Source: Terriglobia bacterium | GTDB taxonomy: Bacteria; Acidobacteriota; Terriglobia; JAJPHL01 | DNA length: 64,000 nucleotides | Assembly: GCA_963747095.1 (NCBI GenBank) | Contig: CAVVEL010000022.1 | Span: forward strand, 145,193 to 209,192 | Direction of reading: 5' to 3' | Part shown: positions 37,903-48,422 of the stretch, in pieces | How positions within the stretch are numbered: position 1 is the first letter of the stretch | How the letters are laid out: each line of letters starts with the position of its first letter | Notes under the pieces: model-generated | Told to the model about the DNA's origin: nothing | What the model saw: only the letters and a program-made list of their open reading frames with translations | Databases searched by the model: none | Made by a program: the position numbers and the translations under genes

Positions 37903-38500
37903 TCACTTCCCCCGGTAGGTGATCCACATGGGCGATACCCACACGATTTCGCCGTTTTGCTGCTCGCCTCGAACGTAGTAATAGCTGGTCTTACCGGGCT
38001 CGGCCGCCATGTCTCGCCACTGGAACTCGACCGACGCGGTATGCGGTTCGGTCGAGTACACATAGTGGTTGTCTTTGACGATCTGCACTTTGGCGAAGGG
38101 CGCTGTGCCCGTCAATTTCACGGTGAGCGCGGGCGATTCGGCGGTTTCAAACGCCTCGCCCATCATGTGCGAGCCGCTGCGAACGTCGGCCAAGATGATG
38201 TTGTCGGTTGCGCCATAGACGCGCCGCTTCTTGAAAGCCTCCAGAATCGCCTGGCGCGTAGGCGCGGTGACGTAGAGAATGCAATAGCTGATGTGCATGG
38301 AGACGTGATCGGAACTGGCCTGGAAACTCAGCCGGTAACCTTTCTGAAGAGCCTGGGAGACAAAGCCTTTTTCCCGCCAGCCACCGATGGAATCGCCGGC
38401 GCTATTGGAGCGCGGTGCGTCGGGCATCTCGTAGTTCTGACGGTCGCCCTGGTAGATTTCCACGACCGGTTCCACCTGCGGATCGTTGTCGCGCCAGTCC
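37903..38500 (-). pseudogene. C-terminal fragment of an unknown protein; upstream part lost under the repeat element and a junk frame
   Basis: The last ~200 aa are protein-like ('VYGATDNIILADVRSGSHMMGEAFE...YYYVRGEQQNGEIVWVSPMWITYRGK'). Upstream the ORF runs through the inverted-repeat element and reads as out-of-frame sequence. Confidence 0.3.
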
Positions 38501-38659
38501 GTTCCCATGTTGGTGCCGCTGGTGTGCGAGGCCAATGCCGTCAAAGTGTCGCAGATAGGCGTACAGCATCTTGGTGTCGGGCGCGCCGCCGGGATCGGCT
38601 TCGTTGACCTTGGGCAAGCGCGGCAAAGTGCGGATTGCCCGCTGCGCGAAAATGGTGCG

Positions 38660-38805
38660 GGAAATGCTGGGGAAATGCTGGGGACAGCCTGATCTGCGTA
38701 ATCACTTTTGTGCGAGTGGATACTCTCGAAAGGATGATTCGTCAAGAAAAACAGCTTACGCAGATCAGGCTGTCCCAGCATTTCCCAGCATTTCCCAGCA
38801 TTTCC
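38660..38805. repeat. MITE-like inverted-repeat element with 10-mer tandem units (CCCAGCATTT)x3 / (AAATGCTGGG)x2
   Basis: 'GGGAAATGCTGGGGAAATGCTGGGGACAGCCTGATCTGCGTAA' ... ~54-nt loop ... 'TTACGCAGATCAGGCTGTCCCAGCATTTCCCAGCATTTCCCAGCATTTCC'. Confidence 0.6.
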
Positions 38806-38806
38806 T

Positions 38807-38986
38807 GCCAACGATCTCGTCGAGGACGCGATGGCAGGGTATCTCGAAGAGCTGGCCGAGGTGCGTACCATGCTCGATAGCCGCTACGATGACATCAAGA
38901 GCGGACGGGTCCAGCCCATCGATGGCGCGGAAGCCTTTGAGCGTCTGCGTCGCAAGAGCGAGGAACGCCGTAACAGCGGCTCATGA
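38807..38986 (+). pseudogene. ParD-like antitoxin remnant lacking its N-terminus (abuts the repeat element)
   Basis: 'ANDLVEDAMAGYLEELAEVRTMLDSRYDDIKSGRVQPIDGAEAFERLRRKSEERRNSGS*'; stop overlaps the next ATG (ATGA). Confidence 0.4.
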
Positions 38987-39250
38987 GCGGCTACGTCCTG
39001 CACCCCGCCGCGTTCGATGACCTGGACGACATCTGGGAGTTATATCGCCGCTGACAGCCTAGACGCCGCGGATCGCGTGCTGGGAGAAATCCACCAGACC
39101 ATTCGCGCTCTCGTTGCTTTCCCCCAGGACGGGGCGGGTTTTCTTGAGAAGAATCGCATATGGTTGTTCCGTCATACTCGAAAGCGTTATGCCACGCCTC
39201 TGCCCAAACAAGCCGATCGCTTCTCGCTGTTTCGACAGAACGAGATCTGA
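38983..39250 (+). pseudogene. ParE/RelE-like toxin, frameshifted
   Basis: 'MSGYVLHPAAFDDLDDIWELYRR*' (ParE N-terminus) then in the +1 frame 'YIAADSLDAADRVLGEIHQTIRALVAFPQDG...'; the C-terminal part is not recoverable in one frame. Confidence 0.45.
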
Positions 39251-39641
39251 ACCAATCCTCCCCGTTCAGGATGATACCGCCTTCCAGCAGGCAGTTCTAG
39301 GAGGGCCACAAGCGCCTTGATTATCATGAGGGTAAACCAGGGCCAAAAGGTGGGTGGAGGGGTGGGCACCAGGGAGGGCCAAAATCCGCTAACTGTTTAG
39401 GATTCATGTGGATAATCATCAGGGTGGGGACCCTGATGATGACCCTGATGATTGTTCGCCTGGAAAGGAGTAAATCTCTGCCCGTCAGCGTCTTGGCGTC
39501 GAGAAGGATACGGATCGTTCGCGCTCGTACTGTTCGGGGGGGTACGCGGCCCGCCGCAACATCAGCGGGACCCTGAACTTGGTGAATTCTTTTTGAGCTG
39601 CTTCTGGCTTCGTCCCATTTAGTGGTCCAAACCCGTGGAGA

Positions 39642-39842
39642 TCAGCAGTCCCAGCGCTTGGATGCCCGCGGCCTCCGGCGATTCCCTGGGACTATCCAGG
39701 AGCCCAAGAGAGCCACAATCCAGGAATGCTTCTTCTGAACGGGAGACATTTCCACCAACTCTCCCCGGACCAACTCGCAGCGCCGGCCATCGGCGATTTC
39801 GAGGAACTGCTCGGCCGTTATTAAGGTCGCGTTGGCGGACAT
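39642..39842 (-). pseudogene. Uma2-family endonuclease N-terminal fragment
   Basis: 'ITAEQFLEIADGRRCELVRGELVEMSP' then junk. Confidence 0.45.
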
Positions 39843-39879
39843 ATCACGAGTATAGCATTCCGCAACAGGAAAGAGCGGG

Positions 39880-40230
39880 TCAGGCGGCCTTCAGCTTTTT
39901 CTTCTTTAGCGGCACGAAGCGGATCTCCACACGCTTGTTTACCGCTTCGGCGATCCGCTTCAGCATGGTCAGCGAGTGGCCTTCGTAGTCGTTGTCTTCG
40001 AGACGGCAGATGACCGACGCAGTTGTGCCGACGCGACGAGCTAGTTCACGCTGGCTCAAACCGGCCTTGTTGCGCAAATCGTATATCTTCTGTGCGATCT
40101 CCGCATTGATCGAGCCTCCTGCTCGAACTCTTCAACGGCTTTCGGATCGCTGCCGATATAGCGATCATAGGTCCATTGAAGGGCCGGAGAGTTGAACTTG
40201 TGCTTCCTAACTGGCATTTTTAGACCTTTC
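39880..40230 (-). pseudogene. XRE-family HTH antitoxin (HigA-like), frameshifted near 40110
   Basis: C-terminal 'LRNKAGLSQRELARRVGTTASVICRLEDNDYEG'. Upstream in another frame 'M(KGLK)MPVRKHKFNSPALQWTYDRYIGSDPKAVEEFEQEAR' then 'INAEIAQKIYDL...'. Confidence 0.5.
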
Positions 40231-40249
40231 ATGGAAAACCGTAACGTCG

Positions 40250-40640
40250 CGGGTCCGCCTCGAACCTGGCCTTCCGCCGAATGGCCAGGTCAATCTCGTG
40301 CGGAGGCACTTCCCGCTCCTTAGTCAATCCGTGCGAAACGACCGCTGCCTCGCGGCGTTAAAAAAGTAGAGCAACCGATAGTTGACTCCTTGAAGACCTA
40401 CTCGGAGTTCGTAAATCCATCGCGGAGATAGTCGGCTGCCGGTCTACGCAACAGGTGCCCCTCGTTCTCGAGCCTGTTAAGGGCAGCGAGGCATTTCTGC
40501 TTGGCCTTCCCCGGCAGCCCTTCGAGCCACTCTGTCAGTAGCGGAGATACATCCGCATCCTCGCGGTAATACTTGACGATAATAAGTGCCACTGTAGGCC
40601 ACCATGCTTCGTGATTGGTCCCATGTTTCCTATGAACTCC
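40250..40640 (-). pseudogene. gp49/HigB-like RelE-family toxin, at least 2 frameshifts
   Basis: Frame 1 'IIVKYYREDADVSPLLTEWLEGLPGKAKQKCLAALNRLENEGHLLRRPAADYLRDG'; frame 2 'ELRVGLQGVNYRLLYFF'; frame 3 'KEREVPPHEIDLAIRRKARFEADPRRYGFP*'. Stop overlaps the HigA-like start. Confidence 0.45.
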
Positions 40641-40803
40641 AATAAGTATAAGCTTCGATGTTCTCACTATTGCGAACGTTGGTCAAGTCCCGAATGTGCG
40701 TGTGAAGTCCCGAATGTGCGTGACACTGGTTCAGTTCCGCAGGATCGACGATTTTCAATCCGGTCGCTCTTGGCCGCGACAGCCAGGCGCTAGTTCTGTG
40801 AGC

Positions 40804-41232
40804 TTAGCCCTGTGGTTCGCTCGCTTGCATCTTAGATAGGTCGTGGCGGTCCCACAGCAGGATACCGCGATCCTTGGCGAACGCCTGCGCGTCGGAAGTA
40901 AAACCAGTTGGGCAAACTACCACGCCACGCACGGCGGGAATATCGGTCGGCAAGCATCCGTTCAACGCTCTAACTGTCTCAACGCCGACCGGTGAACGGT
41001 GGTTCTTACATTGTATCCACAGGCAAGACTCTATTCCCAAGGCATCGGAGTAGCGCGCAATCAGGTCAACGCCTCCGTCCCGGCTAATCGGCGTCAACTC
41101 CACCTGCCAGCCCTTACCTTGCAGGAGTTCCTTGACGTGGATCTCAAACTCCTGGCCATTCATCGTATCGAACGAGGAAGCCGATGGCTTGTCGGCCTCG
41201 GAGTCTCTCGCGGCCTGTGCAGGTGGGTTCAT
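40804..41232 (-). CDS. Stand-alone Mrr_cat-type restriction endonuclease domain protein
   Basis: 'GQEFEIHVKELLQGKGWQVELTPISRDGGVDLIA...LWIQCKNHRSPVGVETVRAL...GVVVCPTGFTSDAQAFA'. Confidence 0.7.
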   Translation of the reverse strand: MNPPAQAARDSEADKPSASSFDTMNGQEFEIHVKELLQGKGWQVELTPISRDGGVDLIARYSDALGIESCLWIQCKNHRSPVGVETVRALNGCLPTDIPAVRGVVVCPTGFTSDAQAFAKDRGILLWDRHDLSKMQASEPQG

Positions 41233-41304
41233 TCCGAATAGCCTGTCAGGTCGTGAGACCCGCAGGCCGCCCGTCTACATCGTCTGGCCTTCAACGGTTA
41301 GCGT

Positions 41305-43871
41305 CTAACCCTTAACCTTCTTCGACCCCTTTACCGGCGCCTCCGCCGGTTTCTTCAAATTCGTCTCGAACAGTTTGAAGATCCGCTTGTACTCGTCGGC
41401 CCAACTGGTTGGCTCCAGGAAACCGTGATCCTCCACCGGATACGGAGCGATCACCAGTTTTCCTTGCGCAGCTCGATCAGGCGCTGGACCAGCCGCACGG
41501 AATCCTGGAACAACACGTTGGTGTCGACCATGCCATGGCAGATCAGCAGCGCGCCTTTCAATCCTTCCGCATAATAAATCGGCGACGATTTCCGTAAGCC
41601 TCGTCATCCTTCTGCGGCATGATTCAGAATGTTGGCCGTATAGCCGTTGATTGTAGTGCGCCCAATCGGTCACCGGCCGCAGCGCCGCGCCCGCCGCGAA
41701 AACGTCCGGCGTGGTGAACATCGCCATCAGCGTGATGAATCCGCCATAGCTGCCGCCGTAAATGCCGATGCGCTTGGGGTCCGCGCCTTGCTCCGACCAG
41801 CCATTTCGCGCCGATCCACGTTATCGTCCAGATCCTTGCCGCCCATGTGACGATAAATCGCCGCGCGCCAGTCGCGGCCATAGCCCGCCGATGCGCGATA
41901 ATCCATGTCCAGCACCATGTAGCCGTGCTCCATCAGGAAATGATGGAACAGATATTCGTGCGAGTAGTTCGGCGACCAGTATTGATGCACGTTCTGCGCG
42001 TATCCCGCGCCATGAACGAAAACCACCGCGGGTCCGCCGCGCCGGTAATTGGCGGCTTGTAGAAATGCGCCGGAACCATCGCGCCGTCGCGCGCCGGCAC
42101 CTGCACGATGGGCACGTCCAGCCATGCGATAGTCCGCAAAATCCTTGGCCGGCGACGAAGTAGCTTGCGCTTCGACCGCTCCCGCCTGGAATCCTGCACG
42201 TAACAGCTCCGGCGGCTTGGTGACGTAGGAATAAATCACCGCGATCTTCTTCTCGTCGGGTGAAACAAAAGTCTGGTGAAGCCCCGGCGCGGTAGTCACG
42301 CAAGTGCGCTCGCCGCCGACTGCGTGTGAATCTAAGGCGCTGGCGCTGGATGGCGCCGGCATGGTGTAAAATCGCCGGTCGGAAGCGTCCGGCTCCGACG
42401 ACGTAAAGAAGAAACGCGTCTTGTCTTCGGAAAGCGAGACTGCGCTCACTTCAAACTTTCCGCTGGTGAGTTGTTTGGCCTCGCCGCCGTCGAACGACAC
42501 GGTGTACAGATGCGCGTAACCCGACTTCTCGCTCAAGAAATAAATGCTCTTGTCGTCGCGCATCCAGCCGTAAGGTGGAGGTCCCCCGAAGCCGCCGCCG
42601 CCGCCGTTGATCCAGGCGTCGTCGTGCTCGGTGAAGAGCACCCGCGTCTTACCGGTGGCGGGATCGAGCGCAAACAGCCAGCGATCCTTGTTGTCGGAGG
42701 AGCGGCCTTGCAGGAAGGCGCGCGTGCCGTCCTCGGACCACAGCGGCGGGCTCAACTGCACGTTGCGTTCGGCGGGGGCGGCCGGACGGCCGCCGCGTCC
42801 CTGCGGGCCGGCCGGTGGCGCCGTAGACGCCGCGCCGCTGCCCTCCTCCGGCAAGGGCTTCTGTCCGTGATCCACCCACTTCACCTCGCCGGTGTCCACG
42901 TCCACCAAGGCGATGCGGATGCGATTCTGATTATCGCCCACGTTGTTGCGGCCGGGGATATCTTCCACGTAGGCCGATTCGGTGACGAAGTTTGGCACGA
43001 TGTCGTTCTTGGCTCCGGTACCGGCTTCGCTGACCATGGCGACGACCAGTTTCTGATCCGGCGACAGCGTCATCGCAGTGACGGACTGTCCGGTTTGCAG
43101 CGCGAACGGCTTGCGAGGGTTTTCCTTCTTGCGCTTGGCTTCGTCCTCTTCGCGCTTGGCCGCGCGGCGCTTGATGTAGTCGATCAGGTCTTTCTCCTCC
43201 TTCTTCAAATATTCCTGACTGTCCGTTCCCTTCTGATCCGCGGTTGAACCAGTAGCGCCGCTCAATCCGCCGCGCCCTTGTCCACCCCGGCCGCCGGCCG
43301 CCGCGGAAGCCGCGCCGGCGGGCACGCCAGGCGCTTGTACTTCGGTCAACTGGGTGAGCGAAGCGTCTTCCAGTGACATCATGTACAGATTGCCGCCGCG
43401 CATGAAAGTAATGCGCTTTTCATCGCGCGTGAAGCGCGGATTGCTTTCGACGTCGGTGGTCTTGGTTAGTTGCAGCCGTTTCGGCTTGGCGCTGTCATAG
43501 AGGAACAGGTCGCCGGTTTCGCCGTAGACGGCGCGCTTCTTGTCCTTCGTCCACTCGCCGGCCACGGGAGGCGTATCCTTAGCCTCCTCTTCGGAGAGCT
43601 TTTTCAAACCGCTGCCGTCGGCGGAGATCCTGTAGGTGTCCATGTTCTTTTCGCGCGGCTCGTCATACTTCTTCCACTGGAAGTAGACGAACTTGCTGTC
43701 GGGAGACCAGCGTACGGCGGCAGGCGGGTAGCCGAACAGGCCGGGGCCGCGCATGATGCTGTCGATGGTCATTTCAAAAGCGGGTTTCTCCGCTGTGGAC
43801 TTCTGAGCGCTTCCGGCCAGCGGGCCGATGGTCAGGGCGAAGACCAGAAACAGGGCGCAATATCGCTTCAT
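41305..43871 (-). CDS. S9 family serine peptidase (beta-propeller + alpha/beta hydrolase), broken by at least 4 frameshifts
   Basis: Signal peptide; '[11 protein letters not shown]'; '[11 protein letters not shown]' then out-of-frame across the GGSYGG active-site region. The next ORF resumes '[25 protein letters not shown]'; the middle is junk again; the end '[30 protein letters not shown]'. Confidence 0.7.
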
Positions 43872-43934
43872 GGAAACTCTCCTTCGAACGGGTAAACAAG
43901 GAAGATAACACAGTCGCCCGCGTAACGCAGGCCT

Positions 43935-45407
43935 TCAGGCCTGTTCTTGATCGCCGGGAAAAGAGCCGGCCGGAAGGCCTGCGCTACGCAGCGCCAGGCC
44001 GAGAATCGCCAGATACACCGGCGTTACGCGCCAAAAAGTGAGGATGTCGCCGCTGAGCATTTGCGCCATTTCCCCGAGCCAGAAGCAGAACAAAAAGCGT
44101 CCCAGCCCGGCGACTGCGACATCCGGATCGATGGTCATGTGACGCGTCCCTGCCAACACGGCGGCAGAAAATAGTAACAGGGCCAGCAAGCCGGGCAAGC
44201 CGGTTTCCATCAGCAGCGCCAGATACATGTTGTCGGCCACCAGTGGCCGCGAAAAATAGGAGGTGTAAGGGAGCGACTTGTAACCGATGCCCAGCAGCAC
44301 CTGGGCCGGATGGCCGAGAATAAAACTTCCCAGTTCGCTCCAGGTGTCCAGGCGCTTGGAGAGAACTTCGTTGGGATTGGAGAAAAACTCCACCGCGCTG
44401 TATTGCAGGCGCGATCCGTAGGGCAGCAGCAATTGCGGCGCGATCAGCACGCCCGCCGCCGATACGGCCAGGGCCAACGCCACAAACGTCACCACCGACC
44501 GGCCGGCCAGCGCCTTGCGGCGCATCCAGGCCAGCGCGGTCAGAGAGACCATCAGGTTCACCACCGATCCGCGCGAAAACGAAAGCACCAAAGCCACGGC
44601 CAGCGTGGGCACGGGAATCCAAAGTAACCACGCGGGCAGGCGCAGCGCGCGACGCGCGTGGCGTCCCAGCGCCAGGATCAACGTGAGAATCATGGCGCAA
44701 AAGTTGCCCAGCGCGCTGGCATCGTAGAACACTCCTTGCGCGCGCCGTAGCGCGGCTTCTTGACCGTAAATGTATTGCTCGGAAAAGCGCACCGTGCGCG
44801 GCAGTTGATATTGAAAGTCCACCACCGCGAAAGCCGAGGACAGCAGCGCGGCGGCGAGAATCATTCGCAATAGGCCCGCGCCGCTCCATGTTTCGCCCAG
44901 CGGACCATCGGCGATCCACAGCATCACCAGGAATCCGGAGGCCAGTAGGACCCAACGAATCACCGACTGCACGCCCACCGCCGCTCCCGAATAGTAGAAT
45001 GCCCAGGGCAAGGAGATCAGTGTCGCGCTGAGAAGCAGCGCCGAGGCCGCGGAAATCGCGTTGCGCTCGATGCGCCACTCGCCAAGCCGGATCCAAACAA
45101 CCAGAAGGCCCGCGAGGAACACGGCCATCGCGGGGTGAAAGGGCAACTCCACGCCGCCGATTTCCAATGGCCACGGCGGCAACAGCAGTCCCAGCGCCAG
45201 GAACCACCACACCCACGCCGCGGGACGCGCCAGGAAATAAAACAACGCCGCGGCTGCTGCGGCGATGGCCCAGACCGCCGCCACAACTGGCACGTCGCGA
45301 ACCAGCGCAGCGGCCGCTGCGACGGCAGCCACGACCAGCGCCATCCAGCGCACGCGCCTTAGGTTCGCCAGCAGCGGCCAGCGATTCTGTTCGGCGTGTT
45401 CCATCAT
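43935..45407 (-). CDS. Wzy_C/O-antigen ligase-like polytopic membrane protein
   Basis: ~10 TM; 'LSFSRGSVVNL' loop motif. Likely start 'MMEHAEQ' at 45407, giving a 4-nt overlap with the upstream GT4 gene. Confidence 0.65.
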   Translation of the reverse strand: MMEHAEQNRWPLLANLRRVRWMALVVAAVAAAAALVRDVPVVAAVWAIAAAAAALFYFLARPAAWVWWFLALGLLLPPWPLEIGGVELPFHPAMAVFLAGLLVVWIRLGEWRIERNAISAASALLLSATLISLPWAFYYSGAAVGVQSVIRWVLLASGFLVMLWIADGPLGETWSGAGLLRMILAAALLSSAFAVVDFQYQLPRTVRFSEQYIYGQEAALRRAQGVFYDASALGNFCAMILTLILALGRHARRALRLPAWLLWIPVPTLAVALVLSFSRGSVVNLMVSLTALAWMRRKALAGRSVVTFVALALAVSAAGVLIAPQLLLPYGSRLQYSAVEFFSNPNEVLSKRLDTWSELGSFILGHPAQVLLGIGYKSLPYTSYFSRPLVADNMYLALLMETGLPGLLALLLFSAAVLAGTRHMTIDPDVAVAGLGRFLFCFWLGEMAQMLSGDILTFWRVTPVYLAILGLALRSAGLPAGSFPGDQEQA

Positions 45408-46519
45408 GCCGTCACCAGGTTGCAGGCAAGCGCGGCGGCGCGAATGCCGGCTTGGAAATGGGAAAGCGAGAAACGCAAGCTGTTGCGGCGCGCCGCCGCC
45501 GGGTCGAGTGGCAGTTTCTCGAACGCCGCCACCGCGTCCACCAGCGCCTGCGCAGTTTGCTCCGCAAAGAACAGCCCCGTGATGCCCTCGTTGACGCTCT
45601 CCAGCGCGCCGCCGCGCCGGTAAGCGATCACCGGGCGCCCGCAGGCTTGCGCTTCCACCGGACACATGCCAAAATCCTCCAGCCCCGGAAACAACAGCGC
45701 GCGGCAGCCGCGATAGAGTTGGCGCAAGCGTTGGTCGTCTACCCATCCGGTGAATTCGACGTCACGTCCCGCGATTCTTTGCAGCGCGCCGGATTGCGTT
45801 CCCCGGCCCGCCACGATCAAGCGTCGTCCCAGGCGCTGCATGGCGCGGAGCGCCAGGTCAATCCGCTTGTAGGGTTCCAGCGCGGAGACCACCAGGTAAT
45901 AATCTTCCGCGCTCCGTCCCGCCGGATCGGGCGTGAAGAAATCCGCGTCTACCGGCGGATACACTACCAGAGCATCCCGTCCATAAGCGTCGCGGATGCG
46001 GCCGCGCACGTTTTCCGAATTGGCCAGGAACTGCGTGACTCCCTGGCTGGCCCGCACATCCCAACGCCGCAGCCATGGCGTGACTGCGGCCAGCAGCGGT
46101 TTCTTGACGATGCTTCCCAGGCCGAACTGAAAGTAGTCGCTGGAAGCCGCCCACAAGTAGCGCATCGGCGTGTGGCAGTAGCAAATGTGCGGAACTCCCG
46201 CGGGGACGCGCGCGCCCTTGGCCACGGCATGACTGCTGCTGATCACCAGATCGTAGCCGCGCAGGTCGAACGACTCGATGGCCCGCGGCATCAGCGGCAG
46301 AAGATTGCGGTAATAGCGCCGTACGCCGGGCCAACGATTCAACGGCGACACAATCACGCGGTGGGAATTAATCTGCTCGCTGATGCGGTCCGGTTGGTAA
46401 AACAGGGTGAAGATATCCGCGTTGGGAAAGATGCCTTCCAGGGCGGCCAGCACTTTTTCGCCGCCGCGCATTCCCGTAAGCCAGTCATGGATGAGTGCCA
46501 CGCGCAAGGCCGCCGGCAT
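45404..46519 (-). CDS. GT4 family glycosyltransferase
   Basis: 'VALIHDWLTGMRGGEKV...', C-terminal 'RALLFPGLEDFGMCPVEAQACGRPVIAYRRGGALE' (EX7E-type). Confidence 0.8.
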   Translation of the reverse strand: MPAALRVALIHDWLTGMRGGEKVLAALEGIFPNADIFTLFYQPDRISEQINSHRVIVSPLNRWPGVRRYYRNLLPLMPRAIESFDLRGYDLVISSSHAVAKGARVPAGVPHICYCHTPMRYLWAASSDYFQFGLGSIVKKPLLAAVTPWLRRWDVRASQGVTQFLANSENVRGRIRDAYGRDALVVYPPVDADFFTPDPAGRSAEDYYLVVSALEPYKRIDLALRAMQRLGRRLIVAGRGTQSGALQRIAGRDVEFTGWVDDQRLRQLYRGCRALLFPGLEDFGMCPVEAQACGRPVIAYRRGGALESVNEGITGLFFAEQTAQALVDAVAAFEKLPLDPAAARRNSLRFSLSHFQAGIRAAALACNLVTA

Positions 46520-46531
46520 CGGTTCACCGCC

Positions 46532-47644
46532 TCACCAGCGAGCGTTCGCCGGACGCCGTTCCTGGGAAAGTTCCCGAGAAGTCGCGGCGCGCCCGGCATT
46601 CCACAACCACGCTTCGTAGAGCATCGCGGCTAACAGTCCGAGCATGGCCGCGAGAATGGTGTTCTCGAGCGGGTTCGGACTGATCGGCCGCGTGGGAACC
46701 GTGCCGGGATCGGCGATTTCCAATTCTTCATGGCGGATCGCCGCGCTCAACGCGGTTTCCGTAGCGCGCCGGGCCATCGTCGAGAAACGCTCTTCCGCGG
46801 CTTGATAGGTGGCGTCCAAGGCCGCCCGGCGCGCCTCCAAGGCGGCATGGGCCGCCTGGCTCTTCACCAACTCCTTCTCCAGCGAAGCCAGGGCGCCCCG
46901 AAGCGCATCGCGGCGGGCCTGCAAGGCGGCCATTTCCGAGCGCGCCGCGGGATTGCCGGGTGAGGCTTTGGCGAGTGCCTCCTTCTCCGCCAAGTCCACT
47001 TCCACGTCGCTGAGTTCCCGTTGGTAGCCCACCTTGCGCTCGATTTGCTGTTCCACGTCGCGCGCGACTTCGTCCTCCCGGCTGTGGCTGCGGAATTGGT
47101 CGATGGCGGCCTGGGCCTCCGCCATGGCCTTGCGCGCATCCTGGGCGTCCCGGTCCACCCCGCCGCGAACCCGCTCCGCTTCCCCACGATTTACGCGCGC
47201 GTTGCTTTCCTTGGCGATTTGCGCCAGGCGTAGCGCCACTTCATGGGCCTTCTGTGGATCGCCCAAGCGAACCGAAACCTGAAGAATGCGCGTTCCCTTC
47301 AGCAACGCGGCGCGCAAGGCGGAGCGCCGGAATTGTTCTTCGGAGAACTCCTCATTCAGATGCGTCTCGCGCAGCAGGCTTTCCACCACGCCGTCGCTCT
47401 CCACAAACTGTTCGTAGCTGCGCAGGGAATCCAGATACGCCGGACTCATCACCGCGGATGACGGCGGGCCGCCCACGGCCGGCTGAATCATCAGCAGCGC
47501 GGTGGCCTCGTATTTCTTGGGGAGCAGCAGGCTGGCAATCAGCGCGATCGCGGCGGCGCCTCCGGCCACCACGGCAATCCGTTTCCAGCGCCGCGCCAGA
47601 GCGCTCAGAAACTCCACAGGATCCAGAGGTTCCAGCATGTCCAC
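46532..47644 (-). CDS. Wzz/polysaccharide co-polymerase-like chain-length determinant (no kinase domain)
   Basis: N-terminal TM, long coiled-coil periplasmic region, C-terminal TM 'ILAAMLGLLAAMLYEAWLW'. Confidence 0.7.
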   Translation of the reverse strand: MDMLEPLDPVEFLSALARRWKRIAVVAGGAAAIALIASLLLPKKYEATALLMIQPAVGGPPSSAVMSPAYLDSLRSYEQFVESDGVVESLLRETHLNEEFSEEQFRRSALRAALLKGTRILQVSVRLGDPQKAHEVALRLAQIAKESNARVNRGEAERVRGGVDRDAQDARKAMAEAQAAIDQFRSHSREDEVARDVEQQIERKVGYQRELSDVEVDLAEKEALAKASPGNPAARSEMAALQARRDALRGALASLEKELVKSQAAHAALEARRAALDATYQAAEERFSTMARRATETALSAAIRHEELEIADPGTVPTRPISPNPLENTILAAMLGLLAAMLYEAWLWNAGRAATSRELSQERRPANARW

Positions 47645-47651
47645 ATTCTAT

Positions 47652-48371
47652 CTAATCCGCGCCCAGCACGGTGGGAGTTCCGGGAGAGAAGCGGCGCGGA
47701 TCGGGCGAATCTAAAGCGCTGGCGCGGGATGGCGCCGGCGCACGGTCGCGAGGACGCCGCAGCAGGCCGAGCGGCGTCAGCAGTAGAATCCGCAGATCCA
47801 ACCACAGCGAGCGGTGTTTCAGGTAATACAGGTCGAAGCACAAGCGCTCTCCGATATCACAGCGCCCGCGCAGGCCATGGATCTGGGCCCATCCGGTGAT
47901 GCCCGGCTGGACTTGCAGACGCCGCCGATACCCGGGAAACTGGCGCCGGAAGCGCGCCGCAAAAGTCGGACGCTCGGGGCGCGGTCCCACCAGACTCATT
48001 TCCCCGCGCAGAACGTTCCATAGTTGCGGCAATTCGTCCAGGCCGCTGCGGCGCAAGCAACGGCCTAGGACCCCGGCTTCCGCGGGCGACACTTCCATCC
48101 AGCGGGTATCGCTACTTGGCTGTGGCGCGGCAGACTCCGCTTCCCAGGGAAGCGTGCGGAACTTGTAAATCGTGAAGGGACGGCCGTTCTCTCCCAGGCG
48201 CAATTGTGAGAAAATCACCGGGCCGGAGGAAGCGATGCGGATGGCCGCGGCGATCAACGCCGTCAACGGCGCGGTTGCGATCAGCCCCAGGCCTGCCAGC
48301 GACACGTCGAACAGGCGCTTGACCGCGCCGTAGGGAAAACTGCCTCGGAAATCGCGTGTATGCTGGCTCAC
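47652..48371 (-). CDS. Undecaprenyl-phosphate sugar phosphotransferase (Bac_transf family)
   Basis: 'KRLFDVSLAGLGLIATAPL...IYKFRTL...MSLVGPRPERP...GITGWAQIHG'. Confidence 0.8.
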   Translation of the reverse strand: MSQHTRDFRGSFPYGAVKRLFDVSLAGLGLIATAPLTALIAAAIRIASSGPVIFSQLRLGENGRPFTIYKFRTLPWEAESAAPQPSSDTRWMEVSPAEAGVLGRCLRRSGLDELPQLWNVLRGEMSLVGPRPERPTFAARFRRQFPGYRRRLQVQPGITGWAQIHGLRGRCDIGERLCFDLYYLKHRSLWLDLRILLLTPLGLLRRPRDRAPAPSRASALDSPDPRRFSPGTPTVLGAD

Positions 48372-48422
48372 TTTTGCTTGATCGCCTTTTTACTTGACCG
48401 ACTGCCCAAATTATACCCCACT

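Noticed and set aside
37708-38607. 299-aa + strand ORF across the pseudogene fragment and repeat element
   Set aside because: Reads as out-of-frame sequence (R/G/A-rich) and runs through the palindromic element.
43984-45216. 410-aa alternative-frame ORF within the O-antigen-ligase-like gene
   Set aside because: Arg/Gly/Pro-rich junk; the overlapping frame encodes a coherent polytopic membrane protein.
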